This document shows positions 14,446 to 28,542 of a stretch of DNA of 64,000 nt, in pieces. Origin of the DNA: Eledone cirrhosa (taxonomy: Eukaryota); contig OZ024743.1 of the NCBI GenBank assembly GCA_964016885.1, positions 323,764,001 to 323,828,000 on the forward strand, written 5' to 3'. Position 1 is the first letter of the stretch; every line of letters begins with the position of its first letter. Position numbers and translations under genes: made by a program. The notes under the pieces were generated by a model that searched no databases, was not told the origin of the DNA, and worked only from the letters and a program-made list of their open reading frames with translations.

Positions 14446-15231
14446 TACCAAACATTCAGAAAATAGCACTACTAAGTACAGCAACATATTATGTACACTA
14501 CATTCAATACAATAAAAACGACACTGCACAAAGAGCTTGAGCAGATACTGCACAAAGAGCTTGAGCAGATCTAGCAATTCCATGAATCTACCTAACTGGT
14601 ATTTTATTCATCAATCCTGACATGATGAAAGGCAAAGTTCATTGTCATGGGATTTGAACTCAATCAACTACATTTTGAAAATGCTGCCTTACATTATATG
14701 AAATTGATTTGTCAACCCTGTTCATCTATATCATTAATTTACAGAGAGGTTCTGAAGTAAACCGACAAAAGTGTTAGAGCATTAGACAAAATGTCTAGTG
14801 GCATTTTTCCAGCACTTTGCATCATAATTTCAAATCTTGGTGTATCCTAATTGAATAATATACTTAACCAGTCACCTAGTTTAATACCTCCACATGGCCT
14901 TGGTGTGCCTTTAGAAGAGTACACTCTAATGGAAGCATTCAGGCCTGGTCTCCCTCTTAACAGTCCCAGTGGCTTTGATAAGGGTCATGGGTACTGCACT
15001 CTTGGGCATTTAAGCTTGGCAGAGACCACCCTTCCCCAGATCTGAACACAAACAATTTCACCTGAAGAAAGAGAGAGTAGAAGAAGAATTTTTCCAGTAG
15101 TACACTGGTACTTTATTTATTGAAAAGATGAAAAGCAAAGTTGACCTGGGCAGGATTTGAACTCAGAATGTAATGAGCCAAAATGAATACTACAAAGTTT
15201 TCTATGTGATGTTCTAACGACTGTCAACTCA

Positions 15232-15456
<225 letters not shown>

Positions 15457-17892
15457 TTAACGATGATTAGTCACAACAAAGGGATTCCAATTAATAATAG
15501 ATCTTTCTGGAAACATCGGATTGGGTGTTGAAGAAATACCCTGAAATGGTTTCACCTTCAGCAGCAGCAAAATTTAATGTCCTTTTTTCTCTCTGCTAGC
15601 ATAGGTTGGATGGGTTATCACAGACCAAGTCAATACTTTATCTGAGCTGCTGACCTATCAGATGGGCAGGGAGAGTGGGACACACACACACACACGAATC
15701 TCACATACATTTCTGCACCCTACAGAGTGTACCAGGTACATTTTATTGTGGCACTAGCTCCAACTAAGAAGATTGTGATGTATTTGACACAACTGAAGAG
15801 CCCTCACAACCATTTATTTGGCAAATCTTCTATGGCTGGGTGCTCTTCCTACCACCACCACCTTTTCACACACACATATATGTAATACATTTAACTTTAA
15901 TTGATATATAAAAAATATATACCAACTGTGTTTCTCAATAAATACGTAGAAATTTTAAATCTATCTTAAAGTAAATATATCTTACAATTTTATTGTTCTA
16001 TATATATATATATAGTTCAAGGAAACAACAAACATAAGTACAAAAAGTCTTATTAGTTTCACAGTTTATATGAAAAAAGGGAAAGTTCAACACACACACA
16101 CACACACATATATGTATGTGCCTAAATATATATATGTATGTGTGTGTGTGTATTTTCCATGCTGGCAAGGATCAAGTCAGTATTTAATCAGACCTCCTCT
16201 CTTTTCACATGTTTACATAATCAGGGTTTTGGTTTGGTTTCTACAGTTGGCAGCTATATTTAGAATGAAGCATTTTCTGCTCCCTTCACCTGGCTTGCTG
16301 TCCTTTCTATGTCCAATACCAGCCAGGTAGGATGTACACACACATACATATATATACTCACACACATACATACATATATACATCATGATGAGTAGTTGTT
16401 AAGAATGAAACAAGCTGTAACATTCAACTTTTAAAAAAGAAAGAAATTATATTTACTTCCTTATAATTGCATAGAATTCTTTGATTTGGATTGGGGTTAT
16501 AATTGTCTTACTGAGCAAGTTAGTTAATTATCTGCCCCTCACACTCTCTCTCCTTCACACATTTAGGCATTTTTACTCAAAGATTTTTTATAAGTCCCTA
16601 CTTTTGTGAATTTCAAGAAAGGTAATAAAAAAGTTGAAGGTGAAGACAGGAGGTTATAGGTGATAACAATCAGGTGTCATGAAGATTTAATGAGAAGGTG
16701 GGATGAGAACTATGTGAGGTAAATTGTGTGTTGACTAATTACTGATATGAAATAAGATATAAGTTAATTAATGAACTGTCAAGGTTAACAGAAATTAACA
16801 TATAGTAATTACTAACAAGGGTAATTTTCACAAGCTTACCCAACCTAACTTCAGAAATATGAAAAAAAAAAAAAAAGAATCTATTTAACCCTTTTGATAC
16901 CTAATTATCTGAAACTACCCCTGGTTCTGTAATACAAAACTTTATTTTAAAGTGTTTATCATCATTTAATATCTATTTTTCCTGCTAGTAAGAGTTGGAT
17001 GTTTGCATTTTATTTGAGTTTTGACTGGAAGATTTCATCAGTACTCTTTCATGTATGGATATGTTCATCACATCACTGGGATGGGGCCTCAGTGACATTT
17101 ATTGATTTGCCTCTCATATCTCTAGAGACTGATGTTTGATTTTAGGTGAATCGTTTATTAACACTTTTCCTTTGAACCACTTTTATTTAATGTTGGAGTT
17201 TCTCACTGGCAGCTCTCAGATTTTGTATGAGTGTGATAACTTGTACTGTCTCCAAACATCATTTCTATTTTATTTTTCACTCTTTGTTGGTGAGGAGTAT
17301 AGTTTTTGTTTTTGTTTACATGTGAGAAGCATTGCCACATGGCCTGATAGTTTTTTGTAGGTTAGTGACCTGTTTTTTTTATTTTTGAAATACATGCTCG
17401 CATTCGTGTGTATGTATGTATCAGGGGCGGTGGAAGCATTTCTGAATTGGTGGTAGGAGGGGCTCCAAATTTGGTCAATTTAGTTGTTGTAATTAGTTTA
17501 ACTGATATTATCAAATATCAACCAAGATATAAAAAAACTTTGATATGCGATAAACAACATGTACATAAATTGTAGTGCATATACAAATAGATGTGTTTTG
17601 GTAGCTTGGGGAGAAAAATATAATTATTGGGGGCGCGGGGGGGGGGGGGGGTATGACCCCTCCAATGTCTGTATGTATACATGTAAATATTTATGTGTGA
17701 GTGAATGTGTATATGCAATAAATCCTAAACACTATATATATTACATGTAAGCTCTCAGTTATTCAAAGCTTAACGTAATGAAAGTACAAATGCAGGCATG
17801 TGGAACTTTGTAATTAAACAGTGCCAAAAAATGGCCAGAATATCATTTTATATGCATTAGTGAAGAATAGCCGGATGCAGGTAACTGATATA

Positions 17893-18535
17893 TGGTGGTG
17901 GTGGTGGTGTTGTGGAGTGGGTGGTGGTGTTGTGGAGTGGGTGGTGGTGGTGTTGTGGAGTGGGTGGTGGTGGTGTTGTGGAGTGGGTGGTGGTGTTGTG
18001 AGTGGGTGGTGGCGGTGTTGTGGAGTGGGTGGTGGTGTTATGGAGTGGGTGGTGGTGTTATGGAGTGGGTGGTGGTCTTGTGAAGTGGGTGGTGGTGGTG
18101 TTGTGAAGTGGGTGGTGGCGGTGTTGTGGAGTGGGTGGTGGTGTTGTTGTGAAGTGGGTGGTGGTGTTGTGGAGTGGGTGGTGGTGGTGGTGTTGTTGTG
18201 AAGTGGGTGGTGGTGTTGTGAAGTGGGTGGTGGTGTTGTGGAGTGGGTGGTGGTGTTGTGGAGTGGGTGGTGGTGTTGTGAGTGGGTGGTGGCGGTGTTG
18301 TGGAGTGGGTGGTGGTGGTGTTGTGGAGTGGGTGGTGGTGTTATGGAGTGGGTGGTGGTGTTGTGAAGTGGGTGGTGGTGGTGTTGTGAAGTGGGTGGTG
18401 GCGGTGTTGTGGAGTGGGTGGTGGTGTTGTGGAGTGGGTGGTGGTGTTGTGGAGTGGGTGGTGGCGGTGTTGTGGAGTGGGTGGTGGTGTTATGGAGTGG
18501 GTGGTGGTGGTGTTGTGGAGTGGGTGGTGGTGTAG
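17893..18535. repeat. G-rich minisatellite (tgttgtggagtgggtggtgg variants)
   Basis: 20-23-bp units seen directly. Confidence 0.95.
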
Positions 18536-18822
18536 TAGTTGTGGTTGTTGTAAGGAGGTGGTATGTTGTTGTATGTTGTAAGGAGGTGGTAGCAGAGAAC
18601 TGAGAGGATGTGAGTTTGAGAAGGGTGACCTGGAAGGGGTTGGGAGGTGTGGTATACAATATGGCAGGTGTGGGTAGTAGAGGAAGGTGCTTTAGTGAAA
18701 AGGTCAATGATGTTCTTGCAGCAGACTTAGGAAATCCCTTGAAACCAGTGTTTTGATAGAATTTTTTTTAATTGAACACGTAAAGATAACTTTGATTATA
18801 TATATGTGTGTGTGTATATATA

Positions 18823-21428
18823 TCATCATCATCATCATCATCATCAACGTTTAACGTCCGTGTTCCACGCTTGCATGGGTTTGGACGGGGGTAGTCCCAC
18901 TTGAGGCAAGAGTGATTGTCTTGCTCGCATAGGACTGTCTGGCAGGTTTTCTACAGTTGGATGCCCTTCCTAACACCAACCACATTTACAGTGTGGGTCT
19001 GGGAGGTTTTTACCGTGTTGCCTACACGGCCACATTACAGCGTGGACTGTGTGTTTTTTTGTCGTGACACCTACACGATCTCGTTTGTTTCGGCCTGGAT
19101 GGCGCGGCACCAACATAACTTTACATGGAACGGGGTGGTGTGGATGGGGTGGGGGTGGTGGCGGGACGGGGTGTAGTTTGTTAGAGATGCCTACTGGCAA
19201 GGCGGGTCTTCTCTGTTACTGAGTACCGCCAAAGGTCACGGTCCAGTGACATTGTCTTGGAGAGGTGTAAGTGTATGAGGTTGGAGTTTATCAGCTCATC
19301 CCATGTTTTTCTAGGTCTGCCTATTCCGTGGCTACCGTCTATCTTTATTGCCCTGCACTTTGTGATACAGCTATCGACTTTCATGCGCATCACGTGTCCA
19401 TACCAACGCAGCCTTCTCTCGAGTAAACAACATCTGATCCCTCTTATCTCTAATTTTTTCCTTAGTTCGTTTATGCTTTGCCGTTCACGTATATTACTGT
19501 TACACATCCAGCGGAGCATGCAAGCTTCGTTCCTCTCTAGTCTGCGTATATCCTCTGCACACAATGCCCAGGTCTCACTACCATGCAACATTGCTGTTCG
19601 TATGCAGGCATCGTACAACCTGCCTTTCATTTTTAGGGAGAACCCTTTAGCAGCTAATAGTGGTATAAGCTCTCTGAACTTTTTCCAACCAGTTCTGACT
19701 CTAGCTACAGTACTTTCAGAGCACCCTCCCCCACTGCTGATTTTATCGCCCAGGTAACGGAAGCTGTCCACTATTTCTATAGAACCCTCTGCGCAATTGA
19801 AAGAGCTAGTATTTTGTGGGCACTTGCTGCTACTTATTGCACCAGAACATCGGCCACATGTAAAGTCTATGTTCTTAGTTAGCTTACCTGTGATCCCACT
19901 ACATCTTTTATGCACCCATACTTTGCATTTAGGACATAAGATGGAGTTTCTACCTACGCCTTTCCTACATACCGAGCACGACCATTTCCCAGAAGGGACC
20001 GCCGCCTTGTTTTCTTTCCTACAAACTAGAACTTTGGTCTTAGCCAGGTTAATTTTAAGTCCTTTTGACTCTAGGCCGTGCTTCCATGTTTGGAATTTCT
20101 TCTCTAGCTCGGCCATTGATTCCGCTATGAGTGTCAGGTCGTCTGCGTATAGGAGTTCCCATGGGCAGCCTGTCTTGAACTCCTCTGTTATAGCCTGAAG
20201 GGCAATAATAAATAGTAGGGGGCTGAGAACAGAGCCCTGATGGACGCCAACTTTTACGCTAAACTCTTCACTATATTCGTTGTTAATTCTAACCTTGCTG
20301 ACTGTTTCTTTATACATGGCTTGTATAGCCCTCACAAGCCATTCGTCAACGCCTAGTTTTCTAAGAGCCCACCAGATAATGGAGCGGGGGACTCTGTCAA
20401 AGGCTTTCTCCAGGTCGACAAAAGCTAAGTAGAGGGGTTTACCTTTAGCTAGGTACTTCTCCTGTAGTTGTCGTACTATGAAAAGAGCGTCTGTGGTGCT
20501 TTTGCCTGACACAAACCCGAACTGCATTTCATCTAGATCAATTCTCTCTCTGATTAGTTGCGCTATTACTTTTTCCGTGACCTTCATGACCTGGTCGATT
20601 AATTTAATGCCTCTATAGTTACTCCTATCTAGGGCGTCTCCTTTACCCTTATAACAGTTAACGATGATGCTGCTATGCCAGTCCTTCGGAACAACCCCAT
20701 TCTGTACGACTTGGTTAACTATGCGGGTGACCATGGTGTGTCCCACCGTGCCAGATGCCTTCAGCATCTCAGCAACTATTTCCGAAGGCCCAGCCGCCTT
20801 ACCAGTCTTCATATCCTTGATTGCCTTACTTATTATACTCCCCTCGACTAACACTGCTGGTCCCTCTATCGGGTCGATATGGGGGAGACTGTCTTTCTCC
20901 CATTTATTCTCCTCATTTAGTAGCCTTTCATAGTGACACTTCCAAGCTACCTTCTTATCAGTGTCGGTGATGGCAAGTATGCCATCATCGTTAAGTACAC
21001 ACTTCTCCCCGACAATATCACGGTTTTCCTTGACGCATTGCCTGGCAATCCTGAACACCTCACGTTTTTGGTCATCGCGTTGTAGAACATGCTTGAACTT
21101 TCTTTCCTCTGCTTCCCTTCTTGCTAAGTACACTTCTCTCCTAGCTTCCCTCCTGGCCACTTGATAGTCTACTCTACTTCCCCCATCCCGCCATACTTTC
21201 CAAGCCTGCTTTTTGGCCTTAATTGACCCCTCCACCCTATTGTTCCACCACCATGTTACTCTCCTCCTGCCTACAGGCCTGCTCCAGCCACAGACCTCGT
21301 CTGTCGCCAACAGCAGGTTTGCTTTCAGAAATTTCCACTGTCCCTCTATATTGTCCGATTCTAGATGCTCTTCCTTACTGTCGAAAGCATCAAGTAATAT
21401 GCTTTGAAATTTATTTCTGGCTGTGGGG

Positions 21429-21429
<1 letters not shown>
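18823..21429 (-). mobile_element. RTE-clade LINE, subfamily A, 5'-truncated, RT ORF intact
   Basis: ORF 19181-21310 has [29 protein letters not shown] and YLG motifs; about 360-bp 3' UTR ending in (TGA)n; TA-rich microsatellites on both sides. Confidence 0.97.
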
Positions 21430-21461
<32 letters not shown>

Positions 21462-21794
21462 CACAAATTCTACATCTACATCTGATTTTCTATGCTGACA
21501 TGTGTTAGGCAGGACGTTTTGAGGCAATATTTTACTGCTAGATGCTCTTCCTGACACAAACTCTTTTAGTCACCTCTTACAACATGCAGAGATATGGTGT
21601 ACCTATTCTAAAAAAAATATATACCATCATCATCAATTTATGTCCAGTTTTCCATGCTGGCAAAAGTTGAATGGGCAGCTATAGACCAAGTCAGTTGGGC
21701 TAGGAACTATCTCTAGCTAACATACATTCTGGTTTTGACATGTTTTCTACAGTAAGATGCTCTTCCTACCATTTCTCTAATGGCCCTAATTAAT

Positions 21795-22007
21795 GATTTC
21801 TGCAATAGGCACAAGACCGGCAATTTGAGAGAGGGGAAAGTCGATAAAACACCCCCAGTGCATTACTGGTGCTGTATTTTTCGTCCCCATAAGGATGAAA
21901 GGCAAAGCTAACTTCGGCAGGATTTGATCTCAGAACATAAAGGGCCGTAACTCTGTGCTATGAAGCATGGTGTCCAATGCTATACCGATACTGCCAATCC
22001 ACCACCC
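21795..22007 (-). mobile_element. Second SINE family copy
   Basis: Same core sequence. Confidence 0.8.
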
Positions 22008-22234
22008 TGATAGTCCTAATTAATAACTGGTTAATTTGTGTTTGACTTGAGATATGTTGGTGAGTCCTTATGGAGGGGCAGAATAAATATAAATTTCTGA
22101 ACCATTGGCCAATCGGTTGATGGCATAGGGATTTCAGTTACTAATGTACTACTGTGTCACCTGTCACATTCACTACATAGGTGGTATGGACTGGAATTGG
22201 ATTATGTTGAGCGATTGGTTATTGATTAGGAAAG

Positions 22235-22347
22235 ACCCGCTGATGAAGCCACACATGCTAATTGTGCAGTGTTGCATAATAAATGCAGACAGTTGATGCT
22301 GTATGTTCTCTTGCTGCATTAAGTGTGGCTGAAACTGATGTACGGGT
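22235..22347 (+). ncRNA. Type I hammerhead ribozyme, probably within a Penelope-like element remnant
   Basis: Stem I ACCCG/CGGGU; core CUGAUGA at 22240-22246; stem II AGCCACAC/GUGUGGCU; GAAA at 22331-22334; minimal stem III C-UGAU-G; cleavage triplet GUA at 22340-22342. Confidence 0.75.
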
Positions 22348-22416
22348 ATAGATTAATGGTACCCATTTACATGTGTTGATTTGAAGCAATTAACTTTGGG
22401 TCTACTCTGGGATTTA

Positions 22417-23264
22417 TCATCATCATCAACGTTTAACGTCCGTGTTCCACGCTTGCATGGGTTTGGACGGGGGTAGTCCCACTTGAGGCAAGAGTGATTG
22501 TCTTGCTCGCATAGGACTGTCTGGCAGGTTTTGTACAGTTGCATGCCCTTCCTAACACCAACCACATTTACAGTGTGGGTCTGGGAGGTTTTTACCGTGT
22601 TGCCTACACGGCCACATTACAGCGTGGACTGTGTGTTTTTTTGTCGTGACACCTACACGATCTCATTTGTTTCGGCCTGGATGGCGCGGCACCAACATAA
22701 CTTTACATAGAACGGGGTGGTGTGGATGGGGTGGGGGTGGTGGCGGGACGGGGTGTATTTTGTTAGAGATGCCTACTGGCAAGGCGGGTCTTCTCTGTTA
22801 CTGAGTACCGCCAAAGGTCTCGGTCCAGTGACATTGTCTTGGAGAGGTGTAAGTGTGTGAGGTCGGAGTTTATCAGCTCGTCCCAGGTTTTTCTAGGTCT
22901 GCCTATTCCGTGGCTACCGTCTATCTTTATTGCCCTGCACTTTGTTATACAGCTATCGACTTTCATGCGCATCACGTGTCCATACCAACGTAGCCTTCTC
23001 TCGAGTAAACAACATCTGATCCCTCTTATCTCTAATTTTTTCCTTAGTTTGTTTATGCTTTGCCGTTCACGTATATTACTGTTACACATCCAGCGGAGTA
23101 TGCAAGCTTCGTTCCTCTCTAGTCTGCGTATATCCTCTGCACACAATGCCCAGGTCTCACTGCCATGCAACATTGCTGTTCGTATGCAGGCATCGTACAA
23201 CCTGCCTTTCATTTTTAGGGAGAACCCTTTAGCAGCTAATAGTGGTATAAGCTCTCTGGACTTT
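22417..23264 (-). mobile_element. RTE LINE subfamily A, 3' fragment
   Basis: Near-identical to 18830-19680; ORF 22763-23212; (TGA)n tail. Confidence 0.95.
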
Positions 23265-23377
23265 ATACATAACTATACCTATTGAGTACACTGAGAGGCA
23301 ACTGGTACTAGCAGGGAAACTTGTGCTAGTCCTGTCAACTTCTTATATATATATATATATATATATATTTACATACA

Positions 23378-23417
<40 letters not shown>

Positions 23418-24148
23418 AGAGAATCCTGTAAATTATTTATTTTCTGCAGTCACTATTAATGTCAAAACCTATTTAACATTAAAAGAATTTGCTAGTTTCA
23501 AGAAAATATCTTCAGTTTAAGCAATTTATCTTATCTGTTGACAACATGAAATTAAAAAAACAATTTCAAAATAGAACTGCTTTCAGGTTATAAACAACAT
23601 GAAAAAGCAACTAACTGCAACTGGTAAATTAGTCCGTATTTGGGGTGGGGTGGGCTACAGTTTTAGAAGTTGGCTATTTATATATTTATTATTTTTATAA
23701 ATAGAATGAGAGAAATATCCAAAATAGTAAGAGTTAGTTAGATTAGATGTTTTCAGAGTAATTTAGTTCAATTAAGTTATTTAGCTTAGTGTTTTCTGTT
23801 GAAATTTTGCCTTCTGGTAATGATTAAATAAAACTCCATGTAAAGTATATCCACTACTACAGCTATCACACACAATCGACTATGACTTGGTAGTTAGTAT
23901 ATAACATGCTTTTGATAAGGGTTTTAGGTGGCTTTGTAGTCAAGAATAGGCAGAGATATTCTCATAAACTTTGCTCCCTTGATGCAGTAGAACATCCAGG
24001 ATGCTACAGCTGGAAAAAGAGAGGGCTGGTACTTTCTATATTGATCTTGAAAGGGTGAAAGGAAAATTAAACGTAGGCAGGATTTGAACTCAAAGACTTG
24101 GAGCAAATAGCCAACACTCTCTGTCAAATTGACCATCTCAATTCTTAA

Positions 24149-24369
24149 CCATTTAGCATTTAAACCGGCTGTATCTGGCCAGAATTCTCTCACTTCTTTC
24201 TGTTTAAACTGGCGGTAACTGGCTGCTCATACTGATGTTAAGGTATTGTTCTCAAAATAAATAATATCAAAATCTCATAGATTCCATTTTATGTGAGATA
24301 ATTATATAAGGTAAAGCTTTTACCGTGAAAATATAGTAGTAAATATAGAGTAACATAAATACTAAAGGG
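24149..24369 (+). mobile_element. TTAA-flanked (piggyBac-type) MITE, family 1
   Basis: TTAA on both sides; family TIR ccctttagcattta / taaatgctaaaggg. Other copies at 5246-5430, 30060-30163 and 36973-37150. Confidence 0.75.
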
Positions 24370-25097
24370 TTAAAGCCATATACCACATAAAACCATATTA
24401 GCAAGATACTTTTGAAAAGTACAAAACAACCCAGTCTTTATTTTAGTTTACTGCAAATCTCACAACAACCTCTCAACTAGAGTAAATATTTGAATTAACA
24501 AACCCGTTTTTAGATATTTTCTCCTAAATCATTATAGGATGTGAAGAGTTAAAATATATCATCAGCATCATCACTTGGAGAGGTGGTGGTGGTGGGGCAT
24601 GTACAATATAATTCTGGCGCTGCTACAGTCAGATGTTAAGTCAAATAGCTTTACCCTGGTGGTGGGGGAAGCCATAGAATGGTAGATAAATACCTAGAGC
24701 TTAGCTTTAATTTAATGCATCACTATATCACACACACACGGTCACATAAACATTCATGCACATACACACACTGACACACAAACCTGCAAGTACATTCACA
24801 TATTGACACAAACAGAATCAATGAAAGAAAAAATCAAGGAAAAGAAAGAAAATATACATATAAAAATGTATATAAAATATATAAAACTGTCCAATATATA
24901 TATGTATGTGTCTGTGTGTGTTATTAAGCTACAAGGAAGTTCTCTCACTTCACTTCCTGTTCTACAGGAAGTGCTGACTTGACTTGTGGGAAATTTTAAA
25001 TGACAGGAAATAAATGTAGTAGTAGTGTTGGTAGTAGTAATGAAATATAAAATTGTTTCAGCAATAGATTTCAAACAGCACCAGATTTTCCACTTTC

Positions 25098-25352
25098 CTA
25101 ACTATAGGAGTTTTCCTTGCCCTAGTCTTTCTTTTTATTACAACTATAGGCCTCTTACTTGCTCCAGTCATTCTCTTTATCACAACTATAGGCCCCTTAT
25201 TTGCTCTAGTCATTCCCTTTATCACAACTATAGGCCTTTTCTTTGCTCTAGTCTTTCCCTTTATGATAATTATAGTCCTCTTCCATGTCATAACTATAAG
25301 CATGTTCCTTCTCCCAACTGTAAGCCTTGTCCTCTGTCTTAACTATAGGTCC
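25098..25352. repeat. Degenerate 39-bp minisatellite
   Basis: aactatagg recurs at 39-bp spacing. Confidence 0.75.
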
Positions 25353-25523
25353 TGTCATTATCAATTTTATTACCATGTTTCCATGTTGACATACAAATAG
25401 ATGTTGAATATACATCTACAAGAACACAACATCGGTAGTGATTAGCAGCAACGTAGCTAGCTACTAGTGCATTCTTTCAAAAGGAGGATAAAATGTGTAT
25501 AATTTTAGCATTGCTATATATTT

Positions 25524-25560
<37 letters not shown>

Positions 25561-26510
25561 TCCTAAAGAAATATAAATGGTTACCATTTATTCCTTTAAT
25601 GAAATGGATGGAAACCTCTAGTGGTTCATCATCATTTCATCTTGTTTTTCTTTGTTAATTTTATATATTTTATTTTTCAAGGTGACTGTCTTACAACACA
25701 TGATTTATCTTTTATCTACCCATTTCTTCATTTTCTTTTACTCTCATCTGTCTTCCTTTTTCTTCTTCATCTCTTCTCTCTCTTTCTATTTTCCAATGAA
25801 GGACTAGTGTTCAACACATTAAGACTCTTTTCTAAATAAATCAAGTGTAAAACTAATATACCATCATTGCATTGTTCTCTCATTTGTTTTCCTTGTTGAT
25901 GTTTCTTATGTACATAACAACAAACGTTTTAAAGCAATTTTCCCTACTAAAGCAGGAGGTTAGCTTTGCAAGCCCCATGACAACCTTTTCCATTTTGCCC
26001 TACCATATGCATCTCTGCTCATCAAACGCCCTGGCTTTCATTTACTCCTTTATCATCTTTAGCCACGTTTTCCTTGGTCTTCCTTTACTTCATTGCCACC
26101 TTTATTCCTATCAACTCCTCTCACTCAGTCACTTTCTTCTTTTTTCAACACATGACCCAACCATCTCATCTTGATCATCATATATATATAAAGTCTGCAG
26201 TGCTGTGACTAGAGTGACTACAAATCAGGAGAGTACTCTATGCTTGGGAAGAAGCAGAGTGGGTACAGAGGAAGGTAAAAACCTAACTGCAATGCCTAGT
26301 GGTCTTGCCTTGTATATGGTCTAACCCATGCTAGCGTGGAAGATGGACGTTAAACGATGATGATAGTAAGCCTTTATATATAAACAGTAAAATATGTACT
26401 GGTCATCAATACCAAATCTATAATGCAGCTACCACACAGAGCACACAATATTAAGTTGTTTAATTAAGTTAATCCAGAATGGGATCAGTAAATTCAATAA
26501 AGCAATATAC

Positions 26511-26664
26511 CTTTTCTGAAATTAAAGTCAGGATCATCGGCAACTTTACTCATTCCAAACCCTGCAATTTTCACAAGGTTTTGGTCACCAACAAGGATAT
26601 TACGAGCTCCCAAGTTCCTATGAATGAAATTCTCAGTTTCCATATAGGCCATTCCATCTGCAAT
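26511..26664 (-). CDS. Src-family exon: catalytic and activation loops, degenerate (IADGMAYMETENFIHRNLGARNILVGDQNLVKIAGFGMSKVADDPDFNFRK)
   Basis: Manual translation. Acceptor tcatag, donor gtatat; 154 bp; phase 0 to phase 1, in frame with both neighbours. Not in the ORF track. Confidence 0.95.
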
Positions 26665-26775
26665 CTATGACAAAAGGGAAAACACAGAATTAGTAAAAGA
26701 AGGACAGAAAAAGAAATGATATAAAGTCTTGAAAGATCAGCCCAAGTCATGTTAGCATGGAAAAACGGATGTTAA

Positions 26776-26808
<33 letters not shown>

Positions 26809-27059
26809 TCATTTCATTTAATTTAACATCTGTTTTCCCTGATAGCAAGGAAAGGATGGCTTGCCACAGACAGTCAGTACTCTGACCTCACAAATGGGCT
26901 GGAGGCCTTTATCCTGCACTGTACTAGGTATTTAGGCAGGAAGGGAGGAGGGGGCCTTCATCTTATTTACAAAACATCCCCACATTCTATTGTGGCTCCG
27001 GCACTAGGGAGGAGGTTTTCATGTCATTGACACAGCTACAAATAAATAAATATATTTAC

Positions 27060-27316
27060 CTGTGCAGATATCCAAAGTAAGCTAGGCAAACCTAGCTGTT
27101 TTCCTTTGCCTTCACGGAGGTATTGTGAAAGACGTCCATTGATCATGTATTCAGTTACTAAATAGACAGGCTCATCACTACAAACAGCCAAAAGTTTAAT
27201 GATGTTGTTGTGTTGGATACTTTTTAATATTTGAGCTTCATCTAAAAATGCAGCAGTCGTAACACAGTCTTTTTTCTGCATTTTAACTGCAGCCTCAATT
27301 TGGTTATTCCATTTTG
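27060..27316 (-). CDS. Src-family exon: kinase N-lobe and hinge (AKWNNQIEAAVKM...FLDEAQIL...LVTEYM...ISAQ)
   Basis: ORF 27036-27371. AVK lysine, alphaC Glu and gatekeeper Thr present; acceptor tttcag, donor gtaaat; 257 bp. Confidence 0.96.
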
Positions 27317-28377
27317 CTGAAAAAGAAATATTATTTTTCATTGATTTTAACTCAACACAACATTCCCACAAAGATAATGGGTAAGTTTGAAAATTGGAAA
27401 TCTATTTGTTTTTCTTATGAAAAGTTGCCACACTGCATGTATCAACTATAAAATAGTCAAATAAATCAAGTAAATTATTCTTGGAGACAGACAAGCATGC
27501 AGAAATCAAACTGTATATCTGCTGTATGTAATTATTATTGATGGCTGTTTACTTCAAAGTTTCAAGCATTTCAAAATATTGTTTTTATGTAAAAGTAGTT
27601 CACAGAGACGTTGAGTAAGCTTTCCTTATTTTACTTTACATCTCTAATAACTGACAATTTTATCAATGAAGGGTTAAAAAAAAAAAATCAAATAATGATT
27701 TAATTCTTAATGTCCTGTACCACATGAATTCGCATTAACAAGACATTTTTGAGAACTATAAACCATCACTATGACTGCATCACATTCAGTTTTAAATGCA
27801 GCAAATTTTCACAATGATTTGTCCTGTCCACTAGTAAAGATACTATAAACATTTGAATTAACAAACCTGTTTTTGAATATCTTCTGTTAAATTATTGCAC
27901 AAAGTCAGTTTTATAACAATGCATATGCAACATTGTTTTTAACATTACTGACTGCATCACATTAAATATTAAAGGTTTTACTCTATTATTATACAATTAC
28001 ACAATGATCTGTCCACTAGTAACTCTAGTATGACCACAGTCTAATGACTGAAACCAGTAAAAAATGAAAGAATTTGAATGAATAAACCTGCTTGGAAATA
28101 GTTTGAGCCATATTATTACAAGATACCAACCTGTCCCAAAGCACTTCTGGTGCTATGAAACAAAAGCACTAACTTTAAATAGTTCTTATTTAAATTAAAA
28201 TCTTCCAGCATAATTTTATATAAGAATCATTTGTTAAGTTACACTGCAGATACCATCTTAATAATGAAATAATTAATGATTTTATTAAACATTTCTATGT
28301 TCTTCATTAATTAAATGAAATACAGTGTATTTCATTAAAAATAAGGTCATGAAAGGGTTAATAGTTAATAAACTTAC

Positions 28378-28542
28378 CATAGTAAACTTCAGCAAATTGC
28401 CCACTTCCAATCTTTTTGACTAGTTGTAATGTATCTTTAGTTGTCATAAATTCATCTGGTTTTCCGCGATCCATTGCCCAAAGCAACGACCTAGGTTTCT
28501 CACAAACCTGAGTCAATTTACAGCAGAGGCCGTCTGCCACTA
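28378..28542 (-). CDS. Src-family exon: SH2 end, linker and Gly-rich loop (VVADGLCCKL...KKIGSGQFAEVYY)
   Basis: ORF 28358-28585. ADGLC motif, donor gtaagt. Acceptor is a tandem TAGTAG, so the exon starts at 28542 or 28539. Confidence 0.92.

Noticed and set aside
19257-21407. ORFs antisense to the RTE ORFs (also at 47224-48039, 56565-57734 and 57993-59276)
   Set aside because: Shadow frames of the RT coding sequence with no recognisable motifs.
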